DNA from: Zygnema circumcarinatum SAG 698-1b
Taxonomy: Eukaryota; Plantae; Zygnematophyceae
NCBI GenBank assembly: GCA_037447605.1
Contig: CM074804.1
Span: forward strand, 6,921,909 to 6,985,908
Direction of reading: 5' to 3'
DNA: 64,000 nt
Shown: positions 20,093 through 30,277 of the stretch, piece after piece
Layout of the letters: each line of letters starts with the position of its first letter
Position numbering within the stretch: the first letter of the stretch is position 1
Made by a program: the position numbers and the translations under genes
Notes under the pieces: model-generated
Told to the model about the DNA's origin: nothing
Databases searched by the model: none
Seen by the model: only the letters and a program-made list of their open reading frames with translations

Positions 20093-22948
20093 CTATGTTC
20101 TACACTTTGTAGATGTGGAGCCTCCGTACACTTGACTTCCACTCCCTGCCTCAAACTTAACCCCATAGTCCACAGTCCCCTTCAGAAACCTGAATATTCT
20201 CTTCACCGCCTCCCAATGCCGCTCCCCAGGGAACTGCATGTACCTGCTGGCTGCGCTGACGGCCTTAGCAAGATCTGGCCTCGTGCCAATCATCAGGTAC
20301 ATCAGGCTTCCAATGGCAGATCTGTATGGCACATTCTCCATTTTCTTCACCTCCTCTTGAGACTGGGGTGACATTGATTCTGAAAGCCTCTGTGACATAT
20401 CCATGGGACTTGTGCATGGAGTGCACTTGTCCATTCTAAACTTTGCTAAGACATCCTTAGCGTACTTCTCCTGGGAAAGGAACAAGCTACCATCACGCCC
20501 CCTCTTGAGCTGAATTCCCAACAGATACTGGGCCTCTCCTAAATCTGTCNNNNNNNNNNCCCTTCCTGAATCTTCTGGAACCCATGGAAACACAAGCCTT
20601 CTCGTGTTCACGTCCTTCTCTCCATCCAGCTTCTCTGAATGCTTGTGGAATTCTTGCACAATTATGTCACGACTCCTTTCCACCTTCTTTGTGACTGGAT
20701 TCCAAATCCGGTAAGTCTGACTATCTTCATTGTAGCCAAGGAAATATCCTTCCACAACTCGAGGACTGAACTTCCGCAATTGCTTGTGCTTTGGAACGTG
20801 AATAAAGCACTTTGAGCCCCAAACTCGAAAGTGCTCAACAGTCGGCTTCTTGCCTGTCCACACTTCCTCCGGAACTTTATCCTTCAAGACAGATGTAGGG
20901 CACCTGTTCCGAATATACGCTGCCGCCGTGATCGCCTCAGCCCAAAACGATAGCGGAAATGGCGACTCATTCAGCATAGTCCTTGCCATATCTCCTAGCG
21001 TCCTATTCATCCTCTCAGCAACTCCGTTACTTTGAGGAGAGTAAGGGGCAGTGAACTCATGTTTCACTCCGAGGGACTTCAGGTAACCTCTAAACTGGTG
21101 AGAAGTGTACTCTCCACCATTGTCTGACCTTAGAGTTTTTAGCTTCATCCCTGTCTCCCTCTCAGCCTGCAGCTGCCACTCCTTGAAGGCCTGAAAAGCT
21201 TCCGATTTCTTGGTGAGCGTTTTCACCCATACTTTCCTTGAGCAATCATCAAGAAAGGTGATGAAATAGTTAGCTCCACCTTTGCTTGTAGGGGTAACAG
21301 GGCCGCACAAGTCTGTGTGCACCAGCTCCAATCTCTCCCGAGAGATTTGCGCCACCGCTCCTTGACCAAACGGCCGCCTATGAGCTTTTCCTACGACACA
21401 ATCTTCACAAGTCCCGTGTCCTTCTCCCCTAACACCTTCCACATCCAATCCTCTGACTAACTTCTCATCTGCAAGGCGCTTCAAACCTCTGAATCCAAGG
21501 TGTCCAAGTCTGCGATGCCAGAGTCTCACCTTGGGGTCCTCTTCAACTGAATTGACCACCTCCACCGGCTTCCCACCCCAATTCAGATAATAAAGGCCAT
21601 TCTTTTGCATGCCTCTACATAGGGTCCTCCCGGTATTCTCGTCAACTACTGCGCACGCCACTCTATCAAACCACACCTTGCAGCCTTCCTCGCAGATTTG
21701 ACTCACAGAAAGAAAGTTATTCTGTAGTCCCGGGGTGTGCAGCACATTCCCTATGGTCAGCACTGCCCCTACACCCCCATTGAGTACCTCCAGCTCGACC
21801 GATCCTCCTTGCGTCACCTCAACTCCATCTCCGGTGGCAGAATAAACAGAACGTGCATGCTGCAGCGCCTTCTTCTCCACGAAAAGTGACTCATCCACGC
21901 ACATATGCTTGGATGCTCCCGAATCAATCAGCCAAGGCCTCAATCCATAATCCCGCACTTGGATTCCATTCGCAAACTCTGAATACTCGCCTTCAGCAGC
22001 CATTAGAGTCTTCTCTGAATTTCCGTCAGGACAGTTTGCCTTGAAGTGGCCAAACTTCCCGCACTTGTGACACGCTCCTTTGACCTTCTCCTTTGCGGCT
22101 AACTTAGAAGGGCCTGCTCCACTCGCATTATCCTTCTTCAGCTCCGGGCAGTTGGTCTTCACGTGTCCTGGCTTTCCGCAGTTGTAGCAACTCAGTCCCG
22201 AGCTGCGCTTGTCCACCTTGGGTCTCCCCCCTCCTTTGTGCTTTTGCTGCGACCACCTTAGCGCCAGCACCTTGTCACTCGAAACCTTAGCCTTTGCCTG
22301 CCTTTCATCCTCCTCCCTCACTCTGCCCTTCACCTCGTTTATGGTTAGATTGGCAGTAGTGAGAAGTGTCTTAATGGAAATGACAGCAAACTCAAATCTT
22401 TTGGGCAGACCCTCTAAGAAGACGCTGATCTTATGATCTGAGTCCAACGGCTTACTTGCAAGGGCAAACCTCTGCATCAAGCTATCGAACCTCTGCATAT
22501 AATCTGCCAGCTCTTCATCTTCGGACATTCTCAAATTACCTAGTTCTGAGTACAAGTGGACAACCGTGGTATGAGATTTGACATCATACACATCCTCTAG
22601 ACTCTTCCACATTTCAGCACTAGTCTCTAACTCTTGCAGTGCAAGCGACTGCTCATCCTTCACAGTTAAGGCGATAAGTGCTTGAGCTTTCCTGTCCTTT
22701 CGAAGCCACTCCTTGATATCTTCAGCACCGGTGGTTGGTCTCTCCTCCGTGCCATCAACAACTCCAAGAAGGTCTCGGCTCAACAGCACTTTCTTCATTC
22801 GCCACCTCCACGTCTTGTAGTTATGGCCATCAAACAATGGCACTCCAATCTTCCGATCGTCATCACCTTCTGCTCGGTCTCTAGCTCTGATACCACTTGT
22901 AGATGTGGAGCCTCCGGTCCTAGTAGAGGATCCCTCCGAGGATGACAT
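20093..22948 (-). CDS. copia gag-pol polyprotein: gag with two CCHC knuckles, protease, integrase, partial RT; no RNase H
   Basis: FDGHNYKTW, CYNCGKPGH, CHKCGKFGH, WLIDSGASKH, HTDLCGP, LRSDNGGEY, NGVAERMNRTL, YRSAIGSLMY. The N-gap at 20550-20559 hides part of RT, so in-frame continuity across it is not evidence. Confidence 0.93.
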   Translation of the reverse strand: MSSSEGSSTRTGGSTSTSGIRARDRAEGDDDRKIGVPLFDGHNYKTWRWRMKKVLLSRDLLGVVDGTEERPTTGAEDIKEWLRKDRKAQALIALTVKDEQSLALQELETSAEMWKSLEDVYDVKSHTTVVHLYSELGNLRMSEDEELADYMQRFDSLMQRFALASKPLDSDHKISVFLEGLPKRFEFAVISIKTLLTTANLTINEVKGRVREEDERQAKAKVSSDKVLALRWSQQKHKGGGRPKVDKRSSGLSCYNCGKPGHVKTNCPELKKDNASGAGPSKLAAKEKVKGACHKCGKFGHFKANCPDGNSEKTLMAAEGEYSEFANGIQVRDYGLRPWLIDSGASKHMCVDESLFVEKKALQHARSVYSATGDGVEVTQGGSVELEVLNGGVGAVLTIGNVLHTPGLQNNFLSVSQICEEGCKVWFDRVACAVVDENTGRTLCRGMQKNGLYYLNWGGKPVEVVNSVEEDPKVRLWHRRLGHLGFRGLKRLADEKLVRGLDVEGVRGEGHGTCEDCVVGKAHRRPFGQGAVAQISRERLELVHTDLCGPVTPTSKGGANYFITFLDDCSRKVWVKTLTKKSEAFQAFKEWQLQAERETGMKLKTLRSDNGGEYTSHQFRGYLKSLGVKHEFTAPYSPQSNGVAERMNRTLGDMARTMLNESPFPLSFWAEAITAAAYIRNRCPTSVLKDKVPEEVWTGKKPTVEHFRVWGSKCFIHVPKHKQLRKFSPRVVEGYFLGYNEDSQTYRIWNPVTKKVERSRDIIVQEFHKHSEKLDGEKDVNTRRLVFPWVPEDSGRXXXXTDLGEAQYLLGIQLKRGRDGSLFLSQEKYAKDVLAKFRMDKCTPCTSPMDMSQRLSESMSPQSQEEVKKMENVPYRSAIGSLMYLMIGTRPDLAKAVSAASRYMQFPGERHWEAVKRIFRFLKGTVDYGVKFEAGSGSQVYGGSTSTKCRT

Positions 22949-23564
22949 CCCACTACTCCTTGGACTAGGAGACGCCAGCCTTGCGGAAACACAGAATCAC
23001 ACTCACAAAGCACAGACTGCCCCAAGCAAAGAATGAATGAACAGATCGAAGATTCAGAAGATAAGAGAATGCACAAATGCTGAAAACTCTTAACTTCAAA
23101 ACGGAGTACAAGAACACAACAAGAGCCCCTCCTGCGCTTCTCTACTCCACTACAAGAGTGTCCCCCTTATGCTGTAAAGCTTCACCACACACTGGCAAGC
23201 CTCTACTCTGCACCTAGCAGCCTGCACTAAGGGTTACAGCCCGCTCATTTGCATCGTAATTTATCAGTCACAGTGTGACGTGACTTCCGGAACACTCTCC
23301 GTCGCGTCACGCCACTGCGCGCCTTGCAAGCCAATGATTTTCCGGCGTAAGGAACGCCGCGAGTTTTCTGGAGCTCCCCGTCCGTACAATCACGTACATC
23401 TCCGAGCGCCACGTAACACGACCAATCACAGCGCTCCGCGCCAATGCAGCGGCCAATCAGAATGCGCCACATGCTCCACCTGATGTGTAGATCCTAGACA
23501 AGCATGCGAACTAGACTCCGAAACAACTACATGCTCTTCATGAACTATGTACCACTCAGTAACA
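20108..23564 (-). mobile_element. Ty1/copia LTR retrotransposon with RNase H, PPT and most of the 3' LTR deleted
   Basis: 5' LTR 22898-23564 (TG...CA). PBS TGGTATCAGAGC (tRNA-iMet) at 22884-22895. 5-bp TSD CACTT at 20103-20107 and 23565-23569. Only the last 19 bp of the 3' LTR remain (20108-20126). Confidence 0.95.
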
Positions 23565-23915
23565 CACTTTTCTGCCATGGAAACTGTACAGACTGGCCTT
23601 ATTTTCCAGCCTCGCTATGCAGCTTTATCCTACTTGCCATCGGCACATATGACTAAAAAACAGCTGGGAATGTAAGACCCACGGCAGCAAGTTGGGTGCT
23701 CACCAGTGAAAAAGAATAGCCTTTTCCATTATTGAAGACAATGCAGAGAAAACTTTGCACTCCTCCTTCCAGGAAGCTATACAAAACCCTCTGCTCTCAC
23801 AACAAGGAAGAATAAGGCGAACTAAAAAATATTTAAAAAATGGCCCAACGAAGGCCTCCCTCTCTCCCTCCCTCCCTCCCTCCCTCCCTCCCTCCCTCCC
23901 TTCTCCCTCCCTCCC

Positions 23916-26506
23916 TCACAACCAGTCCTCGTCGTCGAACAAAGCCGCCAGCGACCTTCCCGATGACTCGTTCCCTGAACAGACCTTCACCAGATGCTTC
24001 CAAAACGAGGAGTCAGACGATGTCTGAGCCGGGTGGGGGGCAGGCGGACTCCCGGAAGAGGAGGAGGGGGGGGAGGGAGAGCTGCTGCAATGGCAGCAGC
24101 ACCCATACCCCTCGCCTTTCCTGATCTTGGAAGGAGAGTCCAGATCCGCACTCGGGTCGCTGCACTGCTTCCTGACTCCCAGCAGACTCTTCTGTTGCAT
24201 CCCCCCCTGCCAGCAAGCATCTAATGCCGCGGAGTTCAGGGTTCGGTTTCTGTCAATGGAGTCGCGAATAGACTTCGCATATCTTTCGATGAGCCTACTT
24301 TCCAGCGGATCTTCATCACTTGCATTGGAGCTCAACTGACGTCTGAGATTCCTCCGGCGAGCGATCGGCTCTCCCTTCAGAGCAGAGCCTGCAGGAGGAG
24401 TTGAAGCGGCGGGGGTACGCCTCGCATTGCATGCTTTCAAGGCAGGGTTCAGCATCGGCCCGAACTTAGCGAGGCCGGAGATAACTTCATCGGACAAAGC
24501 ACCGCTCGCTGCAAGAAGCGGCACATCGTTATCGATAAAATCCTGGTCAGCCAAGAGCAGGTCTTCGAGGAGTGCCGTTTGTAAAAGTTTGAAGTCGTCC
24601 TGTTGCGCCGTATTGGTGACTCCAAAACGCGGGGAGGGCGCAAGGAACTCCGCCCGCTGCGTGCTGCCGACTTGGGGGATTGGGCTCGCTGGGGAAACTG
24701 GTAAGCAGCTCTGTGGGAAGCCACCCCTTGCATGCTTCAATCCGGCCAAGAGGCGGACTTCACGCGAGTGCCTGATGGCGTTCGATGTTTCACATGACGA
24801 TTCTTCCGCCATTCTCGCTTCTGTAATCGCCTTCTTCCACATCGTTTCGAAAGGAAACTCGTCTTTCTCTGCCGCTTCCCCGCTGTGATGCGGCTGCTGC
24901 CCCGTCTGCTGCGGTTGGTTGGCATCCTCAACGATCCAAGTCTCCCCCAGCATTGGGCAGCCAAAACTGGTGTCCATGCTAAGCTGATCATCCACGCCAC
25001 ATGGAAGACCGCTGAAACTGGAGCAGCTCCGCAGCAGCGCGGCGGATGTGCATGTGGTGGCCTCCGAGAAGGAGGACGTCGGAGATGTGAGCGAGGGGAG
25101 GCGAGTGGCGATGAGCGGGGGCAGCCCGAAGCCGTCACTTGACGACCGGTCGGTGGCGGCGCAGCGCAGGGAGGGGAGGGAGAACGAGAAGGGCACCCCT
25201 CCGATCTGTGCCGCCGCGAGGTCCTCCGCAATGGCCGGGGAGGCGGCGCCGTGCGCTTCACGGGAGGCGGAGGGCGAGTCCTGCACACGCAGAGCAGCCC
25301 GTTGCCCGCTCAGACCACTGTGCCTCACAGGCGGGTGGGAGGCAAAGCGTGAGGGAAGGGGAGGGGAGGGGAGGGGAGGGGAGGGGAGGGGAAGGGAGGG
25401 GAGGGGAAGGGAGGGGAGGGAGGAGCGGACCTGTATGGAGACGCTGTCGTCGAGGAACGGCGCCCAGTCGTCAATGCTCAGCGGTTGTTGCTTGCCCTCG
25501 GACTCTCCGGCTGCGGGGCTGCTGGAATCGTCTGTGGCACCCTGTCAACACGGCAGACACAAAGGGAGAAACTTTTCAGACGGAGCATTCCTTTCAGAGC
25601 GAGCTAGTGAGAGTCATTGATGCGAGAACTCACGTATCCTGGATGTCACGGCATTTCAGAGATAATTGCAGAAAAGGATCATCTTAGCGAGGGGAATTCA
25701 GCCACTCGATCAACCACAAAGGACGTGCAGGGAATAGGAGATGCATGCTGACCTCGTCGTGAGAACCATACGTCGCCAACAGCGCCGTGTACCTCTTCTT
25801 AAGGTGGGAGTGCCAGCGATTCTGCGCGACAAAAATCAGAATGAATTTCAGAACAGAAAGTCGTCCTGCAGTGTTGAATTACATTCAATGCATGCATGCA
25901 CACGCTAAAACATGATTCGAACGGACACTGTCCGCTGACCTTGATCCCTCCGTCCGTGCGGCCGGGCATGTGCCGCGAAATTTTCGCCCACTTGGCGCCG
26001 TGCTTGGCGTAGCCGAGCACGAGCTGGCGGTCCTCCTCCTCCGTGAAGGGCAGCTTCACCACCTGCGAGAGAGTGTCCGCGTCAGCACCGGATATCGCAC
26101 GTGCGGGGGCGCAGGCAGGGAGGAAACAGACTGCAATGGCGAAGGAATTCCCCCCACTGACCCCCATCCCATCCCATCCCATCCTATCTCATTTCACCCC
26201 ATCCCATCCAATCACCTGCGGGTGGAGGTGGTTGAACCAGCGCAATCGGCAGCTCTTCCCGCTGCGTCCGGGAAGACTCGTGGCTATGTCGCCCCACCCC
26301 TGCGCGCCCTTCTCCTCCACAAGGCTCCGCAGGATGTTGTCCTCCTCCACACTCCAGGCCTTCCTCATCTTTGTCGTGCCCCCCTCCGCTCCTTTCTCCG
26401 CCGCATCCTGCGTCTCCTCTCCTTCGAATTCTCTTCCCACCATTTCGGCCGGCCTCAGAACCTTCTCGCTCTCACCGTGCTCCCATTCCATCGCTGCGTC
26501 AGCCAT
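23916..26506 (-). CDS. R2R3-MYB transcription factor; exons 26216-26506, 25940-26062, 25753-25821, 25431-25541, 23916-25280; 652 aa
   Basis: R2 WSVEED...GRSGKSCRLRWFNHLHP and R3 FTEEED...WAKIS..MPGRTDGGIK|NRWHSHLKK. All junctions are GT-AG and phase 0. Confidence 0.88.
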
Positions 26507-26852
26507 GGCTTCTCCCTGCCTGTGCCTGTGCCTGAGCCTGTGCCTCTGCCCGGCCGGCCGCGGCCCGGCCCGCCCTTTAAGCGCGCCGCGCGCGCCATCA
26601 TTCAATGGGACCGAGAGAGTGGCGCCCGCGCGTGGGGGAGTACAGAGAGTCGGTACGGCCATCGCAACTCCTGTCCGTACGATCCAATGAAATGTGGAGC
26701 TACTTCGGCGTGCCGCGTGGCCGCCAAGATGGCCGCGGCCGGCTCGAGCGCGACAAAAATCTGTACGGCTGCAGCCGCGGCCACGTCACGGTGCGCTGCT
26801 CCAAAAGCGCGGCCGCGACGGAGCTTTCGCGGCGCCGCGGGCGGCTGCGATA

Positions 26853-26925
26853 CCGTACGATTTCTGTACATAAGCCGTACACCCAGTGTACGAATACCGT
26901 ATGATTCTCGTGTAGATTGCGTACG
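26853..26925. promoter_or_regulatory. phased GTAC array, exact 11-bp period, about 350 bp upstream of the MYB start
   Basis: GTAC at 26855, 26866, 26877, 26888 and 26921; degenerate GTAT at 26899 and GTGT at 26910. Regulatory role is inferred. Confidence 0.6.
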
Positions 26926-29486
26926 GTCAGACGGCCGCCGATACGGCGCACAGAGCTTTGCAATGCACGCGCATTTAACGCGATCCGGAGGGCGGCCATC
27001 GGGGGGGCTTGTCAGAGGGCGGGGCCGGAGATTCTAGAACCAGTATCGCTAGGATATTGTGGCCATGTTGGGAAAAGGTACCGAATCTAATACGGATTCG
27101 ATGCGAGTGAAGACAAACCTTCCGATTGACTTGTTTGAAGTCCCACATGGAGCAACAGTGACTTGGATAGTTTGGAAATGTTTTCACGGCTTCGAAATGA
27201 TTAGAAGCTGCCCGTGAAATAGTTCGAATACTAGTATACGTGCAAATACGAATTTGAGAACTTTTGCAATAAATATATCTTCACCCATGTGAACCCCTCA
27301 TGCCGACCCCGCGCCGCCCTCGGGATGCGCGGAATCTCGCGGAGCGGGGGGATCGCCGCCGAGGTGACCGCCGACAGTGGCGCCCTTAATGAGAACCGAC
27401 AGGGCGCGACCAAAAGCCAGATCGCACAGTACCTCGTGCAATGTGCTGGACACACGTGGCGCAAGCACAGGCCACAGAAGCCGCGCACTTTCATTAAGGA
27501 GCGCGGAGGATCCGATCGTCCCTGTTGCGGGCCGCGAGTATCCAGTCTGGCCCGCACCGTCAGCTCGCGGGTCCAAGCGGGGATCGGAAGCCGTCCCCGC
27601 CATTGGCGGACCCCGCTCTTGCGGATCCCTGCCGCCGCGGCGCGTGGAGGAGCGCGCTCCACGGAGATCCCCACCCGGGCGCCCCCCGCCACTCGTCGCG
27701 CGCGGGGGGCCGCGGAGCTGCCGCGCCGCGCAGCGGAATTCCGTTCCGGGGGGGAGCGCCGGGCGGCGGGCGGATTCAGGCCCGCCCGCGGGGGGGGGAG
27801 CTGGGAGGGGGCGCACCTGGCGACTTTCTGGCGGCTCCGGACAGTTGCCGACGCGGTCGGGCGGGCGGGCAATGATGCGGGCCAGCGGGAGTACCGTACG
27901 GTACGGACCCGCGTTCGCTCTATCCAGCGCCGCGCCGCGCCGGGCCGCCTGCCCGAAACGGGCCGGATCCCTTTTTCCCTTTCCCCCCCCCCCCCCGCCC
28001 CGCCCGAGGAATTCGAAGCGCCCGCCCGCCCGCCCGCGGGGCGCGATTCGGGCAGGCAGGCGGGCGGGCGGGCGGGGGCGCTTCCACGAAGCAAGCGGAG
28101 CCAGGCCGCGCGTGGCACTTGGCACGTGGCAGGACGCCGCGGACAGTGAAAACCCCGGAATCAAAAAGTGTGCCGCAGCCATGCCAATCCCCGTGTCCAA
28201 TCAGCGCTCCATGCGATGGGCGCCAACTTGCTGCGATCTCTGATCCGGCCATGTCACGTCCCGTTGCGTGCCATGGAAGGTCGAAGCTGCGCGCAATGCT
28301 TGGCTGTGACGTGGCGGCTCGCGATTGGACATCACTATAGCGGCAGCCACGTCGGCGCCACGTTGGCAAAACAGGCCCTGATGGGAAGCGGCGTCGCCCA
28401 CCACGGCGCAGCGCTGCATGGAACAACCGCGCGCGCCTTGGGGCTCCGAGGAGGAGGCTGGGGGCAGGCTCGAGCAGTGGGCGGCACATGCAGGACCATG
28501 CTAACCTTTGGAACATTTGAACACAATTTCGAGCAGTTGTTTTGTGTTGAACATAAAAATTGCAGATTTTGACGTTTTTATAACATTTGATTTTTTTAGT
28601 TGTTTCGAATAGTTCACTCACATGTGCGTACGGTATTCTAACATCTTGCGGCTACACCATGCAGACAATGGATCCGTCTATGTGCCGTACTATAAGTCTG
28701 TAACTACCCTCATAAAATTAACCTGTTTCAGAATTAAACAAACAATAATTTCGATTCTCTCAATGCTGAAACCTATTCGAAAACAATATCTCATTGTCCA
28801 ACTTGAACTCAGCCTGTTTCATTTTCAACTAGAAATTGCTCTTCCCTCGTGCAAATGAATATCGCTTCGTAACCGTTTCAACGATTGCAAAACTAAAATG
28901 CGACTGAGGGTACATTTTCATCCTTCAGATCGGTTCAACGTTTCTTTGCACACTCGGGAACCACCTCCGACCGGAGCTTCCAAGAAGAGACTGCGAGCCG
29001 TCAGCCTGCGCAACCGGCGGCGCGCGAACGACGGAGGCCAGGCCGCTCGGCGCGCGCCCAAACAGCGCTCCAATTGGCCGCCCGACGAGGAGGCACGGCT
29101 CTCGGCCAATCCGCGCCCTGGGGCTGGTGCCCTCCCCCTCTGGGCTCTGGCCCCGGGACCGCGCCCACTTGTCGTCCCTCTCACGTAACTTAGCCCATTA
29201 ACTGTCCTCAGCTACACTCGGCCCCCGCAGTAGCCCCATTAGACAGAAGTACTTCACCTCGACCTCTCAATCAGCCTCTCCTACCTACATCTGACTCCTT
29301 GCAATGTGGCTATTCGTGCGTCCATGGATGTAAATCTTTACGATTGACCATACAATTTATATAGAGATGTCCACATGCGCAGGCCTGTGTATTGACAATT
29401 CAAGGAATGTCTTGCGACAACCATTGGGCTGTTAGTGTAGAGTAGTTAGGAACTTGTAGTACACTAAGTAATTGGCACGAAGTTCT

Positions 29487-30277
29487 AAGGGAGGGGTGTG
29501 CTCATAGTGTCCATATAGCATGGAGGACCTTCTAGGCCACCGTACAGGCCTTCGGAGTGGTGCGCGTAGCGAGCGCGATACGGAGGATCCAGAATGTCGG
29601 CAACGAAGCACGTGGCGCCACGTGGACCCTTAGTGGGGTCCACGGCTCTGACGAGGTCAACTGAGAAGGGGACCGAGTCAGAAGTTGCATGGGCGGCGGA
29701 CGTGTACGGCCGGCAGCGGACGTGTACGGCCGAGCGGCAAAACAGTACGAAAATGAAGTAAGTCGGTGCTGGCTTAGGTTTACCGTTTACGTGAGGCCGC
29801 TTAGCTGGCGGTTGAAAAGCCCGCTGGCAAAAATGCATGCACCTGCAAGGGGGGCGGCTGTGACGTGACACTCGGTCAACAAAAAAGAGTCACGTCATAC
29901 AGCCATGGTAGTATACGATGGGAGGTTTGTTTGGTAGAAGTTAACCTTCTCGTGACTCGCAATGCAGTGAGGCTATCTTGCTTTGGGCCTAGAAGATAAT
30001 AAGAAGCGTCGGGCTTGTAGTGGGCAGCTTGGGGGTTGAGGTGCTTGAAGCTTGGCTCTAGTGTTGTCAAGTTGTATTCATCTTTATCTTAAGGAGTTTT
30101 AGGCTAGAGGATTTCTCGTTACATGTTCTTGTTTCCGCTGAGTTTTCCTCTTGCATTCAGTGTTTTCTGTGTGTCCACATCTTTTGAGTGTGATTGAGCA
30201 AGTCATTGAAGATGTCGAGTTCTACCAAGGGTAAAGGAGAGGTGGCAGCACCACGCAAGGAGGGCGCTGCACCAACA
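29487..30277 (+). mobile_element. copia-type 3' LTR (29497-30277) preceded by PPT AAGGGAGGGG; rest of element missing or decayed
   Basis: TG...CA ends and an adjacent PPT. Shares short blocks with the 22898-23564 LTR (CTTGTAGTGG, TTTGAGTGTGATT-like). Same U5 ORF architecture (MSSS..., ending at the terminal ACA). No PBS after it and no matching TSD found. Confidence 0.65.

Noticed and set aside
20550-20559. Apparent in-frame integrase-RT fusion lacking the RT N-terminal half
   Set aside because: The junction is an N-gap of arbitrary length, so it is an assembly artefact.
27140-27190. TCCCACAT resembling the plant snRNA upstream sequence element
   Set aside because: Imperfect match, no TATA box at the expected distance and no snRNA downstream.
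27231-28621. Six overlapping ORFs of 230-300 aa on both strands
   Set aside because: Arg/Ala/Gly/Pro-rich products of stop-poor, very high-GC DNA. No domains, no splice structure.
28600-28786. Imperfect inverted repeat TTGTTTCGAATAGTT / AACCTATTCGAAAACAA
   Set aside because: Short, AT-rich, needs two indels and has no TSD. Too weak to call a MITE.
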